64,000 nucleotides of DNA from Dehalococcoidia bacterium (GTDB lineage: Bacteria; Chloroflexota; Dehalococcoidia; Lucifugimonadales; UBA3495): assembly GCA_965215675.1 (NCBI GenBank), contig OZ244112.1, positions 1,626,336 through 1,690,335 of the forward strand. The letters run 5' to 3'. Below, one piece after another: positions 37,119 to 45,977 of this stretch (positions are counted from its first letter, which is position 1; each line of letters begins with the position of its first letter). The notes beneath the pieces were generated by a model. It saw only the letters and a list, made by a program, of their open reading frames with translations. It had not been told where the DNA came from and searched no databases. The translations under genes and the position numbers were made by a program.

Positions 37119-38122
37119 AGGTTGTCCGTCAGCTCCCAGGCGGCGGCAGCTGCGCCCAGCAGGCCGGAGTTGTCTCCCAGGACAGAGGGCACGAGGTCGA
37201 ACACCTTGTGCAATTCGCTCATAAGTCGCTCGTGGATACCCTGCCTTATTCGGGGGAGCAGGTTGAGCTGGGTCAGTCCCTCCGAAACCCCTCCGCCCAG
37301 GATGATCAGGTCCGGGTTGAACAGGTGGACGACGTTGGCCAAACCGATCGCCAACCCCTCCACCGCGCGGGCGATGACCGCATGGGCGAAAGTGTCGCCC
37401 TGCACCGCTGCGGCCACGACCGCTCTCGCCGAGAGATCTTCCGGCGACAGCGCGGCGAGCGCCGAGTCCCGGTTTCGGCCTTCTGACAGCCTGGCCCTTG
37501 CGTAGGCCGCGATGGCCGTGCCCGATGACACCGCCTCCAGGCAGCCCCGTTTTCCGCACTGGCAGGGCGGCGCGCTGGTCGTTGTGTCAATGGTGGTGTG
37601 GCCCACTTCGGCCGTAAGCCCGTTGGCCCCCAGGAGGAGCGAGCCGCGCTCCACCACCCCGCCGCCGATGCCAGTGCTTACAGTGACGTAGAATAGGCTT
37701 CGGTGAGGCCTGCCTGCCTGGGCCGCGTCTCTTCCGGCTCCGAAATGAAATTCGCCAATGGCAGCCATGTTTGCGTCGTTGCCCAGGGCCACGGGCAGGC
37801 CGTACCTCTCGTGCCAGATCTGTTTCAGTGAGATGCCGTCCAGGGGCATCAGGTTCGGCGGCTGGTAAAGCGTGCCGCTCTCCGGGTCCACTGGTCCCGC
37901 CACCGCAATTCCTATGCTGTCGGCGTGGATTCCCTCGAGCCCGAATGCCTCTGCCAGCAGCGTATCTGCCAACGCGAGGTACTGGGCAGTGCCTCCGCCC
38001 CTGGGGTTTGGGCGGCGAGCCTGCCACAAGACCTCGCCTTGCCGGTCTATCAAGCCTGCCCTGCACCACGTTCCGCCCCAGTCCACGGCCAGCACGGCTG
38101 GGGTATTCGGCTGGTCTGTCAT
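37115..38122 (-). CDS. ROK-family sugar kinase/regulator
   Basis: 335 aa. LAVDWGGTW.., GIGGGVV, zinc motif CQCGKRGCLE. Confidence 0.85.
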   Translation of the reverse strand: MTDQPNTPAVLAVDWGGTWCRAGLIDRQGEVLWQARRPNPRGGGTAQYLALADTLLAEAFGLEGIHADSIGIAVAGPVDPESGTLYQPPNLMPLDGISLKQIWHERYGLPVALGNDANMAAIGEFHFGAGRDAAQAGRPHRSLFYVTVSTGIGGGVVERGSLLLGANGLTAEVGHTTIDTTTSAPPCQCGKRGCLEAVSSGTAIAAYARARLSEGRNRDSALAALSPEDLSARAVVAAAVQGDTFAHAVIARAVEGLAIGLANVVHLFNPDLIILGGGVSEGLTQLNLLPRIRQGIHERLMSELHKVFDLVPSVLGDNSGLLGAAAAAWELTDNL

Positions 38123-38194
38123 ATCAGTGCCCCTCGGTGAAGTAAGGGCTGGATTCCAGCTGGAGTCGTGATGTCGCTGGGTCGTCTGTCCCGG

Positions 38195-38830
38195 CTAGCC
38201 ACCCAGCATGGAATCCAGGATTTGACGCAGCCTCTCGGCGTCGACCGGCCCGGAGAACTTGCGTACAATCCGGCCTTCGGAATCGATGAAGAACTTTTCG
38301 GGAATTCCTCTCACGCCGTAGCTGATGGCGATTTCACCCCCATCGTCTATGCCGTTGGGGTATTTGTGGCCCTGTTCCTGTAGGAACAATTCAGCGTCTC
38401 CTGCATTGTCCCACAAGTTGACACCGACGAACTCCACGCCGAGGTCACGATATTCTCCGTACACCTGCGCCAACGCCGGAGCCTCCTCACGGCAGGGCGG
38501 GCACCATGAGGCCCAGAAATCAAGCATCACGACTTTCCCGCGCAGGTCCGTGCTGCCGATTTCGCCACCTCCCACCAGCGACATAACGAATGGTGGGGCG
38601 ATTTCTCCGTCGGTGTCCATCTCGATGGTGCGTTCGTTTACGGCCAGACCGCCCCTGGCGGGACCGGAAGTCGCAGAAGCCCAAGCCAGGATCGCCAGCA
38701 ACGCAAAGACCGGAACAGCCACGGCCGCAATGATGAGCGTGCGTCGTCCAAAGGGCAGGCTACGGCGCCGTTGTTGGTCCGGCACCTCACCTGCCGCGCT
38801 GACGCTCTGATATTCCGGGGGCGATGCCAT
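38195..38830 (-). CDS. TlpA/ResA/CcmG-like membrane-anchored thioredoxin
   Basis: 211 aa. N-terminal TM, then FWASWCPPCREE redox motif. The start overlaps the upstream stop (TAATG). Confidence 0.85.
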   Translation of the reverse strand: MASPPEYQSVSAAGEVPDQQRRRSLPFGRRTLIIAAVAVPVFALLAILAWASATSGPARGGLAVNERTIEMDTDGEIAPPFVMSLVGGGEIGSTDLRGKVVMLDFWASWCPPCREEAPALAQVYGEYRDLGVEFVGVNLWDNAGDAELFLQEQGHKYPNGIDDGGEIAISYGVRGIPEKFFIDSEGRIVRKFSGPVDAERLRQILDSMLGG

Positions 38831-40101
38831 TATTCTTCAGCCGTGGGATCATTGCCCAGCGCGCGAGTTACCAGCGGCGTGCGCTGGCGCTGGTAGTCTT
38901 CCTGGTCCATTTCACCGTGCTGGAAACGATCGTCCAAGGCCGCCAAGCGGGCGACAAGCTCTGCTCGCTCGTACGAGGCGGGCGCCCCGAACGTGCCAAT
39001 CACACTTGGGTCCCCACTATCCGGCGCCGTAGCAAGGCCTTGGCGTCGGAACAGGCCGAGCAACAGGAGCGCCAGGAGTACGGCCCCCATTGCGGAGGGA
39101 ATGGCGGTGATCCAGAAAGAGCCGTCGGACAATGCGGTGCCTACCCTCGCCAGAAGGCCAGGCTCGGGCAGGCCGCCGAATGACATCTGGATCCCTGGCC
39201 CAGGAGGGATGTCGCGCCCTTCCCAGGCACGATAGACCTCGTTTCCGATCCCAACCGGCGGACGGGGAGTTAACCCGTTGATCGCCAGTCGGTCCCAACG
39301 CTCCGGTACTAGCACCTGGAATATGTCGGCCCCTTGGGGCAGGCTGTTGCGGTATTCCAGGATGTCTCCCGCGTATGGAAAGTTGTATGCGAAGTCCACG
39401 CTGTGCTGCCCGGGTGGTACTGCAGCCGTCAAGGCAAATCCCGAGCCCACCGAAATGATCTCGCCACCCCGCAGATTCGACTGCACCGTGACGTCAGCGG
39501 CCTCTGGCGGGAGCGCGAACCGCATAAAGCTGAACATCCCTGGGCGAGCAGTTTCCAGGTTAGGGCGCAGGGTCATATCAGTGGGGTTGGTGAAACGCAC
39601 GAACTCGGTGGCAGTAGCGATTCTTCGAGCAACATCAAACCCGGATATGACCATTACCTGGCGCTCTACCCGAATGATCCCGGCGTCCTCCGTCGGCTCG
39701 TAAACCGTGATCACCACCTCGTCCGCTAGCTGTTCGTCAATAAGCGACTGCCCATAGAAGACGCTTTGATAGTCCACGCTTATGGTATAGCTGCCTCCTG
39801 CAACAGCCGAAACTTCGTCAAATAAAAAGCTGCCGTCTGGTTCAGCCACCGTTGACCCGGTGCCACTCAGGGTGCCGTCCGGTCCGGATACCAGCATCAG
39901 CACCGCAAGGTCCCCCTGAATTTCAGCACCGGCAGTTCCATTGGCCACCCGGCCACGAATAGTCAGGGTCTCCTGGGCCGGAGCGGACTGTGGGAAAGCA
40001 AGGATCGTTGCCGAAACCCCGCACAGGATCAGGGCCGCCAGCAGTAGCAAGCGAATGGAAGGCGCCCCGGCGGGTCCGCCTTTCAGCCTGGGTGGGGGCA
40101 T
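38830..40101 (-). CDS. Uncharacterised bitopic membrane protein with beta-sandwich-like exoplasmic domain
   Basis: Start MPPPRLKGGPAGAPSIRLLLLAALILCG at 40101 (TAATG overlap with the upstream gene). TIRGRVANGTAG..DGSFLFDEV resembles carboxypeptidase-regulatory-like domains. Second TM (AMGAVLLALLLLGLF) lies near the C-terminus. Confidence 0.6.
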   Translation of the reverse strand: MPPPRLKGGPAGAPSIRLLLLAALILCGVSATILAFPQSAPAQETLTIRGRVANGTAGAEIQGDLAVLMLVSGPDGTLSGTGSTVAEPDGSFLFDEVSAVAGGSYTISVDYQSVFYGQSLIDEQLADEVVITVYEPTEDAGIIRVERQVMVISGFDVARRIATATEFVRFTNPTDMTLRPNLETARPGMFSFMRFALPPEAADVTVQSNLRGGEIISVGSGFALTAAVPPGQHSVDFAYNFPYAGDILEYRNSLPQGADIFQVLVPERWDRLAINGLTPRPPVGIGNEVYRAWEGRDIPPGPGIQMSFGGLPEPGLLARVGTALSDGSFWITAIPSAMGAVLLALLLLGLFRRQGLATAPDSGDPSVIGTFGAPASYERAELVARLAALDDRFQHGEMDQEDYQRQRTPLVTRALGNDPTAEE

Positions 40102-40622
40102 TAAAGTTCCGTCATCTGCCGGGATGATGTGGAAGGACTTTCCGATTGCTCTTCGCCGAGCGTCACCGATGACAGCGATGCACTGCAATGTGGGCAAGTA
40201 GCGCCGTCTGGCTTGCTGGCGGCGTTCAATGTGAGCGGCGCGTCGCACTGGGGGCACGAACGCCAGACTTTCATCCCTCCTGCCCGAGCCCGGAGCACTT
40301 CCCGTTCCAGGAGGAGTTCGGGAGGAGCGTCCCCGTTCTCAAGCTGCTCCTTTATCAAAACCGCGATTTGCTGCCGGTAGGAATGCAGTTGCTGGAGGTA
40401 GTCTTCTTCAGGCACGTTCTCCAGCTGGTACTCCAGGTCCAGTGTGTCGATCGAATCGAACAGCGAGTCAATTCCAACGCCATTCTGATCTGGCAGCTTT
40501 GCAGTTGATGCCAATTCCCGCTGCGGTTCCCTGTTTCGAAGAAAGGAGTAGCCCACCATCACAAGGCTGAAGCAGGCGAGTGCTGACCCGACAAGAATGG
40601 CGAATATCGTTTGCGCGTCCAT
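40101..40622 (-). CDS. Uncharacterised membrane-anchored zinc-ribbon protein
   Basis: 173 aa. N-terminal TM (IFAILVGSALACFSLVMVGY), acidic helical segment, C-terminal CPQC..CPHC. Confidence 0.6.
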   Translation of the reverse strand: MDAQTIFAILVGSALACFSLVMVGYSFLRNREPQRELASTAKLPDQNGVGIDSLFDSIDTLDLEYQLENVPEEDYLQQLHSYRQQIAVLIKEQLENGDAPPELLLEREVLRARAGGMKVWRSCPQCDAPLTLNAASKPDGATCPHCSASLSSVTLGEEQSESPSTSSRQMTEL

Positions 40623-40675
40623 ACTCGCAGTCTAACAGCCTGGCTGCGGAAGAGGACTCAGTAGCGGTTTCAGGA

Positions 40676-42694
40676 TCATCGGCCCAGGGATGCAGCGGCC
40701 GTTACGCCTGAAGGAACCCGGGCCGGTAAACGGGAGGGTTCCGGCCACAGGGCGATAATTGTTCCCAGTACCATCACTGGACCGGCCACCCACATCCACC
40801 AGATCAGCGGATTCACGAGGAGACGGAAGCCCACGTCACCGTCCGGCAGGTTCTCGCTGGGCACCACGTAGAAGTCCTCGACCGGTGTAGAACGAATGGC
40901 AGCACGAGTGGAGGCCATGTTGAAGCTTGGGTAAAAGGCCCGGTTGGGGCTCAAGGTATCGAGCATCTCCCCGTCCCTGTACACTTCCACCGACGAAATG
41001 TACTCGGTGCGATTGCCAAAGGGGATCAGCGTTGTGCCCATGTACCTGATTTCGTAGTTCTCTATTGTAGCCGTCTCTCCTGGGGATAGGACCACGTCTT
41101 TCTGAGAGCTGAAGAACGATGTCCCCACAATCCCCAGTGCCACCATAAGCACGGACAGGTGCACGATGTAGCCGCCATAGCGCGGGCGGTTGGCCCATAT
41201 GAGCTGAACGAAAGCCGACGCGTGCTCCTGGATGTGCCTGGCCACGCTGCGGTCGCCGGACGAAAGGGCACGAGCCCTGGCCCTGGCTCCCCGGAACCAT
41301 TCCATAAGTATTCCCGTGGCCACGAATGCGGCCAGCCCATAGGCGACCAGGGCGTATTCCTTGCGCAGTCCTACTGCCAGCAGGACAACGACAGCAATCA
41401 CGGCCACGCCCGCCGGTACCGCCAGGGCACGGCGAATGCTGGCCCAGTTGGCCCGGCGCCATGGCAGCATCGGCCCAATGCCCATCAGGAACAACAGACC
41501 CAGCATCAACGGCCCGTTTACCTGGTCGTAGAAGGGTCTGGCTACAGTTATCTCCTCGCCGCTGGTCAGGCGGGATATGAGCGGATAAACAGTGCCCCAA
41601 AGGGTCACAAAGGCTATCGCCAACAGCAGAAGGTTGTTGACCAGGAAAGCTGCCTCCCGCGACAGCATGGAGTCAAGGTTCTGCGCGCTTTTTAGGAGCG
41701 GGTAGCGCCAGAAGAAAACCACGAAGGGCACGATTACGCCGACCGCCAGGAATAACAGGAATACCCAACCCAGACTGGACGCACCGAAGGAGTGCACTGA
41801 TGGGACCGACCCACCCCGGTTCATGAACATTCCATACAGTGCCAGTCCGAAGGCGATGTTTATCAGGGCGATATTCCACATCCGGAACATTCCACGCCGC
41901 TTCTGCACCATGATGGAGTGGATAAACGCGGTCAGGGCCAGCCATGGCATGAATGCGGCATTTTCCACGGGGTCCCAGAACCAGTAGCCGCCCCAGCCCA
42001 GGATGGTGTATGCCCACCACGAGCCGAGTAACAAGCCGGATGCCAGCAGTGCCCAGGTAAAGATGCCCCACACCCGCCCGGGGTCGACCCATTCATCTCC
42101 CGTCTTGCGGGCCAGCAACGATCCAAGGGCGAAGGAAAAAGGTATGGTGATTCCCACCAGACCCGCCATCAGGGCCGGAGGGTGAAAGAACATACCGAAG
42201 TGGGTCAGCAGTGGGTTGATGCCTTCGCCGTCGGCTGGCACGAATGGCAGTTTCTCGAACGGATTGGCCATAACGGCGGTCACGGCAAGGAAAAACGTCA
42301 GGACGAGCATCATCACGCCGGTGGTATAGGGCAGTGCGTCCCGCACCTTCTCAGGCGCTCGCCATACGGCTATCGCAGCCATCGCGGACAGCACCATTGC
42401 GATGTACAGCAGCGACCCCTCGTTCCCGGCGTAAAAGGCCACCCACGTGAACTTGTCGGGCATCGCCAGGTCGCTGTGTCTCGCGACATAGGCGATCTCA
42501 AAGTCCCTGCCAATGAAGGCCACGACCAGGCTGAGGGTGGAAACGAACAGAACGACCATTGTGGCGTACATCGCGGCCTGGGCACTTTCCGCAAGTGCCG
42601 CCGACCCACGCATCTTCCCAGCCACGGAGCCGACGGATGAGTAGGCCGCCAGGGCCAGGGCCAGCCAGAGGCTGATTGCACCCAGGTCACCCAT
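40676..42694 (-). CDS. ccmF: Cytochrome c-type biogenesis protein CcmF (System I heme lyase)
   Basis: Start MGDLGAISLWLALALAAY at 42694. WWD motif WGGYWFWDPVEN. About 15 TM segments. Confidence 0.9.
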   Translation of the reverse strand: MGDLGAISLWLALALAAYSSVGSVAGKMRGSAALAESAQAAMYATMVVLFVSTLSLVVAFIGRDFEIAYVARHSDLAMPDKFTWVAFYAGNEGSLLYIAMVLSAMAAIAVWRAPEKVRDALPYTTGVMMLVLTFFLAVTAVMANPFEKLPFVPADGEGINPLLTHFGMFFHPPALMAGLVGITIPFSFALGSLLARKTGDEWVDPGRVWGIFTWALLASGLLLGSWWAYTILGWGGYWFWDPVENAAFMPWLALTAFIHSIMVQKRRGMFRMWNIALINIAFGLALYGMFMNRGGSVPSVHSFGASSLGWVFLLFLAVGVIVPFVVFFWRYPLLKSAQNLDSMLSREAAFLVNNLLLLAIAFVTLWGTVYPLISRLTSGEEITVARPFYDQVNGPLMLGLLFLMGIGPMLPWRRANWASIRRALAVPAGVAVIAVVVLLAVGLRKEYALVAYGLAAFVATGILMEWFRGARARARALSSGDRSVARHIQEHASAFVQLIWANRPRYGGYIVHLSVLMVALGIVGTSFFSSQKDVVLSPGETATIENYEIRYMGTTLIPFGNRTEYISSVEVYRDGEMLDTLSPNRAFYPSFNMASTRAAIRSTPVEDFYVVPSENLPDGDVGFRLLVNPLIWWMWVAGPVMVLGTIIALWPEPSRLPARVPSGVTAAASLGR

Positions 42695-43346
42695 TCGCGG
42701 TACCGCTTTCCGGTTGGCGTTCTGGCCCGCCCGTTGTACCTCGAGGCCGCTCGTCAGTTTCCTGCTCTCGGCCTGTCTCTGAAGGTTGTGATCGGCCAGC
42801 CGAAGACCCCCTGCGTGAGGCGAGCAGACGATCAGCAATTTCCAGGTAGGGAGCCAGTTCCGGATCGTCCGTCGATTGTGACGGCGACTGTGCCTGAGTC
42901 GCGGAGGCGGTTGCCGTCGCCGGCGCGGCCCGCTGGCGCCCCGTCATCGACCGGATTACCAGGAACACGCCAGCCAGCCCGGCAGCGACGCCGACGATGG
43001 GCAGAATCCAGGCCAGCAGGTTGGCCCCGGACTTTGGGGGCGCTGCCAGAATGTCAGGACCGTAGCGATCAACGAAATAACCCAAGATATCCTCGCGCGT
43101 CTTGCCCTCGGCAAGCATCTCCCGTACTACGGCCCTCATCTGGAAAGAGATTTCCACCTGGGCCTGGTCGATGGTTTCGGCAGGGCATACCGGGCACATG
43201 ATCATGCGATCTATCGATTGCGCCTCTTTCTCCAAGGCCTCGTCCGCGCTCTGTCCATGGACCGGAGCGGCCAAAATGAGGGCCAGGATGAGAGCCATAG
43301 AAAAAGCGCACATTGACCACAGAGAGATATTCTTGCTTACGTTCAA
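42687..43346 (-). CDS. ccmH: CcmH-like cytochrome c maturation protein with long low-complexity tail
   Basis: Signal peptide, MCPVCPAETIDQ (CxxC), TM (LAWILPIVGVAAGLAGVFLVI), then an Ala/Thr/Ser/Gln/Glu-rich tail. 8-nt overlap with ccmF. Confidence 0.75.
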   Translation of the reverse strand: MNVSKNISLWSMCAFSMALILALILAAPVHGQSADEALEKEAQSIDRMIMCPVCPAETIDQAQVEISFQMRAVVREMLAEGKTREDILGYFVDRYGPDILAAPPKSGANLLAWILPIVGVAAGLAGVFLVIRSMTGRQRAAPATATASATQAQSPSQSTDDPELAPYLEIADRLLASRRGSSAGRSQPSETGREQETDERPRGTTGGPERQPESGTANG

Positions 43347-43397
43347 GAATTCCCCGCGCCTATTGTGCGCTATTTGTTCGAAGGCGGTCAGCTGCCG

Positions 43398-44003
43398 CTA
43401 CGGGAGCGTGCCAACATACTGAATGATGGCTTGGCGTTCGTCCTCGTTGAGCAACTTCCCGAAGGGCGGCATCACGGAATTAGGGCCAAATGGCCGCACG
43501 GAACTCTTGAGATAACCTTCGATCACATTAGGTTCCAGCACTGTAAGGTCTGGCGGCCTGGGTTCATTCGTTTCGGGGTCAAAAATGTTGTACTGGTAAC
43601 CGTATCCACCATCAGCCGGGCTCTTGGTCATGCGCTGCAGCACCAGGCCGCTATCCTTGCCGTCGGTACCGTGGCACATCTGGCAGTTCACGTCGAAGAG
43701 ATGCGCTCCCGAATCATCGGTCGTGTTGGGCGGAGCGGGATAGAAGGCGATTGCACCGTCCACGCCGGAAAGACGCGGCGGTTCGTGTGACTTGAATGAC
43801 TGCTGGTAGTGCTGCTCGTAGAAGATATCCACGGGGTAGGCACCAGAGGTGCAGCCCGCCAACGCAAGGGCGGCAACCAGCGCAGCTCCGAAAAGCAGCA
43901 GGCTAATCAGCGACCTGTGCGCTCCGCCCTTCCGGGCAATAGAGCGTAAGTGGTCTTCCGACACGGCGGGTCGGCCTGGATTGTTTATGAACCGGCTGAA
44001 CAT
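43398..44003 (-). CDS. actE: Monoheme cytochrome c lipoprotein, ActE-like
   Basis: Lipobox LALAGC and a single CQMCH heme motif. It sits directly after the ActD-like gene. Confidence 0.7.
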   Translation of the reverse strand: MFSRFINNPGRPAVSEDHLRSIARKGGAHRSLISLLLFGAALVAALALAGCTSGAYPVDIFYEQHYQQSFKSHEPPRLSGVDGAIAFYPAPPNTTDDSGAHLFDVNCQMCHGTDGKDSGLVLQRMTKSPADGGYGYQYNIFDPETNEPRPPDLTVLEPNVIEGYLKSSVRPFGPNSVMPPFGKLLNEDERQAIIQYVGTLP

Positions 44004-44017
44004 CAGGACGCCGACCT

Positions 44018-44527
44018 CTAATTCTCGCGTACCACGTCGATGGCGCCCGCCTGCGTGAACAGCGTGGAAACCTGGGTCAGCTGTTCCTCTTCGACATTGG
44101 CCAGCACGCCGATATACCCTTCGGTGATTCGTGTGTCGTAGAGGCCTTGCTTGAAACTGGGCAGCCTCGATTCAAATACTATGCCGATGATCGTGAATAT
44201 GATTGCCGTCAGCATGGTGCTTTCGTACGTTACCACGGCCATCGGTGGGAGGGACAGAATTGGCTTACCCGCCTGCACCAGGGGGTAGGCCATCTGGGTC
44301 ATCGAGGTCAACAGTATTCCTATAGTCAACCCGACCAGCGCTCCACACAAGGGGAATATGTACAGGCGGTGCCCCTCGTGTCGCTCGCCGAAAGCTCCCT
44401 CAGGGTAGGGCGTGTCGGTCAAAAAGTCGTAGTCGGTGGGGGCCACGCCAGCGCCCTGCAAGGCGTCCCCAGCCTCGGCCGCGTAGTTCGCGTCCTCAAA
44501 CAGCCCCAGTATCGGTCGTTTAGCCAT
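44018..44527 (-). CDS. actD: ACIII subunit ActD-like (DUF3341-type) membrane protein
   Basis: 169 aa. ILGLFEDANYAAEAGDALQGAG.. N-domain plus two TM segments, typical of ActD. Confidence 0.7.
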   Translation of the reverse strand: MAKRPILGLFEDANYAAEAGDALQGAGVAPTDYDFLTDTPYPEGAFGERHEGHRLYIFPLCGALVGLTIGILLTSMTQMAYPLVQAGKPILSLPPMAVVTYESTMLTAIIFTIIGIVFESRLPSFKQGLYDTRITEGYIGVLANVEEEQLTQVSTLFTQAGAIDVVREN

Positions 44528-44576
44528 TGTTCAGTTCCCTCTTCTAGAATCCCGATATTATCGGGATAGCGGGGAG

Positions 44577-45974
44577 TTAGTCCTCCCTGTAGACGGCCGG
44601 AATGGTCACCCGGCCTACTTTTATCTCAGTGCGTAAGATCTCCGCTTCCTTGATGTCATATAGCGGGATCAGGGGCACTACCCGGGCGATGAGCAACATC
44701 AGCATGGAAACCAACGCGAATGTGGCGCCGATGATGGTCCACTCCACCGCACTGGGAGCGTAGACCGTGTACCAGCTGAAGGTGAACACCTGCTTGTTCT
44801 GCAGGCCGGGCACGATGATTATGAACCTCTCCAGCCACATTCCGATGTTCACCGAAATACAGGCGGTCGACATAATCCACAGGTTGCGTCGGAACGCCCT
44901 TGGCAGCCACAGCGCTACAGGCAGGAAATAGGTCGTAAACACGAAGATCATCATCCAGATGTTCCACGGGTTCTGCATGAACTGTAGATCGCGCACCGCC
45001 AGTTCATCCGCCTCCCTGCCGTAGAAGCCGAAGATTATCTCCATTACAAAGAAGTAGAACCAGCCGGTGGCTACGACAATGAGCAGGCGACCCAGGGCGT
45101 CGATGTGCTCGTGGCGGATGTAATTCTGCCAGCCATAGATGTAGCGCAGAATTATCATCACGAAGGCTACGGCGGAGACGCCGGAGTGCACCGCTCCAAC
45201 CACGAAATAGGGCGCGAATATGGTGGAGTGCCAAGTCTTTACCGACACAGCCATACCGAAGTCCCAGGACACTATCGAGTGCACCGAGACGAACACTGGC
45301 AGTATCAGTGCCGACAGCAACACGCCCGCAATAATCTGGAGCTTCCACTGCCTGGGATTGCCACGCCATCCCATGGCGAGAATCGTGTAGATGCGATGGG
45401 TCATTCCCGTGGTGCGGTCGCGAAGGACAGCGAAGTCAGGAATCAATGCCACCAGCACGAACAGGATGCTGGAGGTGAGGTATGTGTAGACCGCACTGGG
45501 GTCCCAAACCAGGGGAGACCGCACGTTGGGCCAGATACCCCGCGCGTAGTCGTAGGGCATAAACGGGATGGTGTAGATCCAGTAGATGGTACGCCAAGGA
45601 CGGCCCGTGTGAATCAGAGGCATCATCATGGCCGTCATCAGTGAGAAGACGGTCAGGATCTCGGCAGCCCTGGTGGCCGGGCGGCGCCACTCGGCCTTGG
45701 ACAAGCGCAGGATGGCGGAGAGCATCACGCCAGCGTGGCTGATGCCGATCCAGAACACGAAGTTGGTGATGAAGAACCCCCACATCACCGGGCGGTTCAG
45801 CCCTGTAACCCCGAATCCCTTGTTGACCAACAGACCTGCCGCACTGAACCCTCCCAGCACAATCAGGCCGAGGATGGTCACTGCAATTGCAAACCACTTC
45901 GGCGAGTGCAGAATTGATGTCAGCAACTCGCGGTTGATCTGCCGGTAGGATATGGGCGTCCTGCCTTCCTGCAT
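44577..45974 (-). CDS. NrfD/PsrC-like integral membrane subunit (ActF- or ActC-type)
   Basis: 465 aa polytopic membrane protein, paralogous in style to the upstream gene. Confidence 0.75.
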   Translation of the reverse strand: MQEGRTPISYRQINRELLTSILHSPKWFAIAVTILGLIVLGGFSAAGLLVNKGFGVTGLNRPVMWGFFITNFVFWIGISHAGVMLSAILRLSKAEWRRPATRAAEILTVFSLMTAMMMPLIHTGRPWRTIYWIYTIPFMPYDYARGIWPNVRSPLVWDPSAVYTYLTSSILFVLVALIPDFAVLRDRTTGMTHRIYTILAMGWRGNPRQWKLQIIAGVLLSALILPVFVSVHSIVSWDFGMAVSVKTWHSTIFAPYFVVGAVHSGVSAVAFVMIILRYIYGWQNYIRHEHIDALGRLLIVVATGWFYFFVMEIIFGFYGREADELAVRDLQFMQNPWNIWMMIFVFTTYFLPVALWLPRAFRRNLWIMSTACISVNIGMWLERFIIIVPGLQNKQVFTFSWYTVYAPSAVEWTIIGATFALVSMLMLLIARVVPLIPLYDIKEAEILRTEIKVGRVTIPAVYRED

Positions 45975-45977
45975 GTT

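Noticed and set aside
36372-37559. 395-aa minus-strand ORF overlapping the SDR and ROK genes
   Set aside because: Its composition is Arg/Gly/Pro-dominated, and it overlaps two well-supported genes in other frames.
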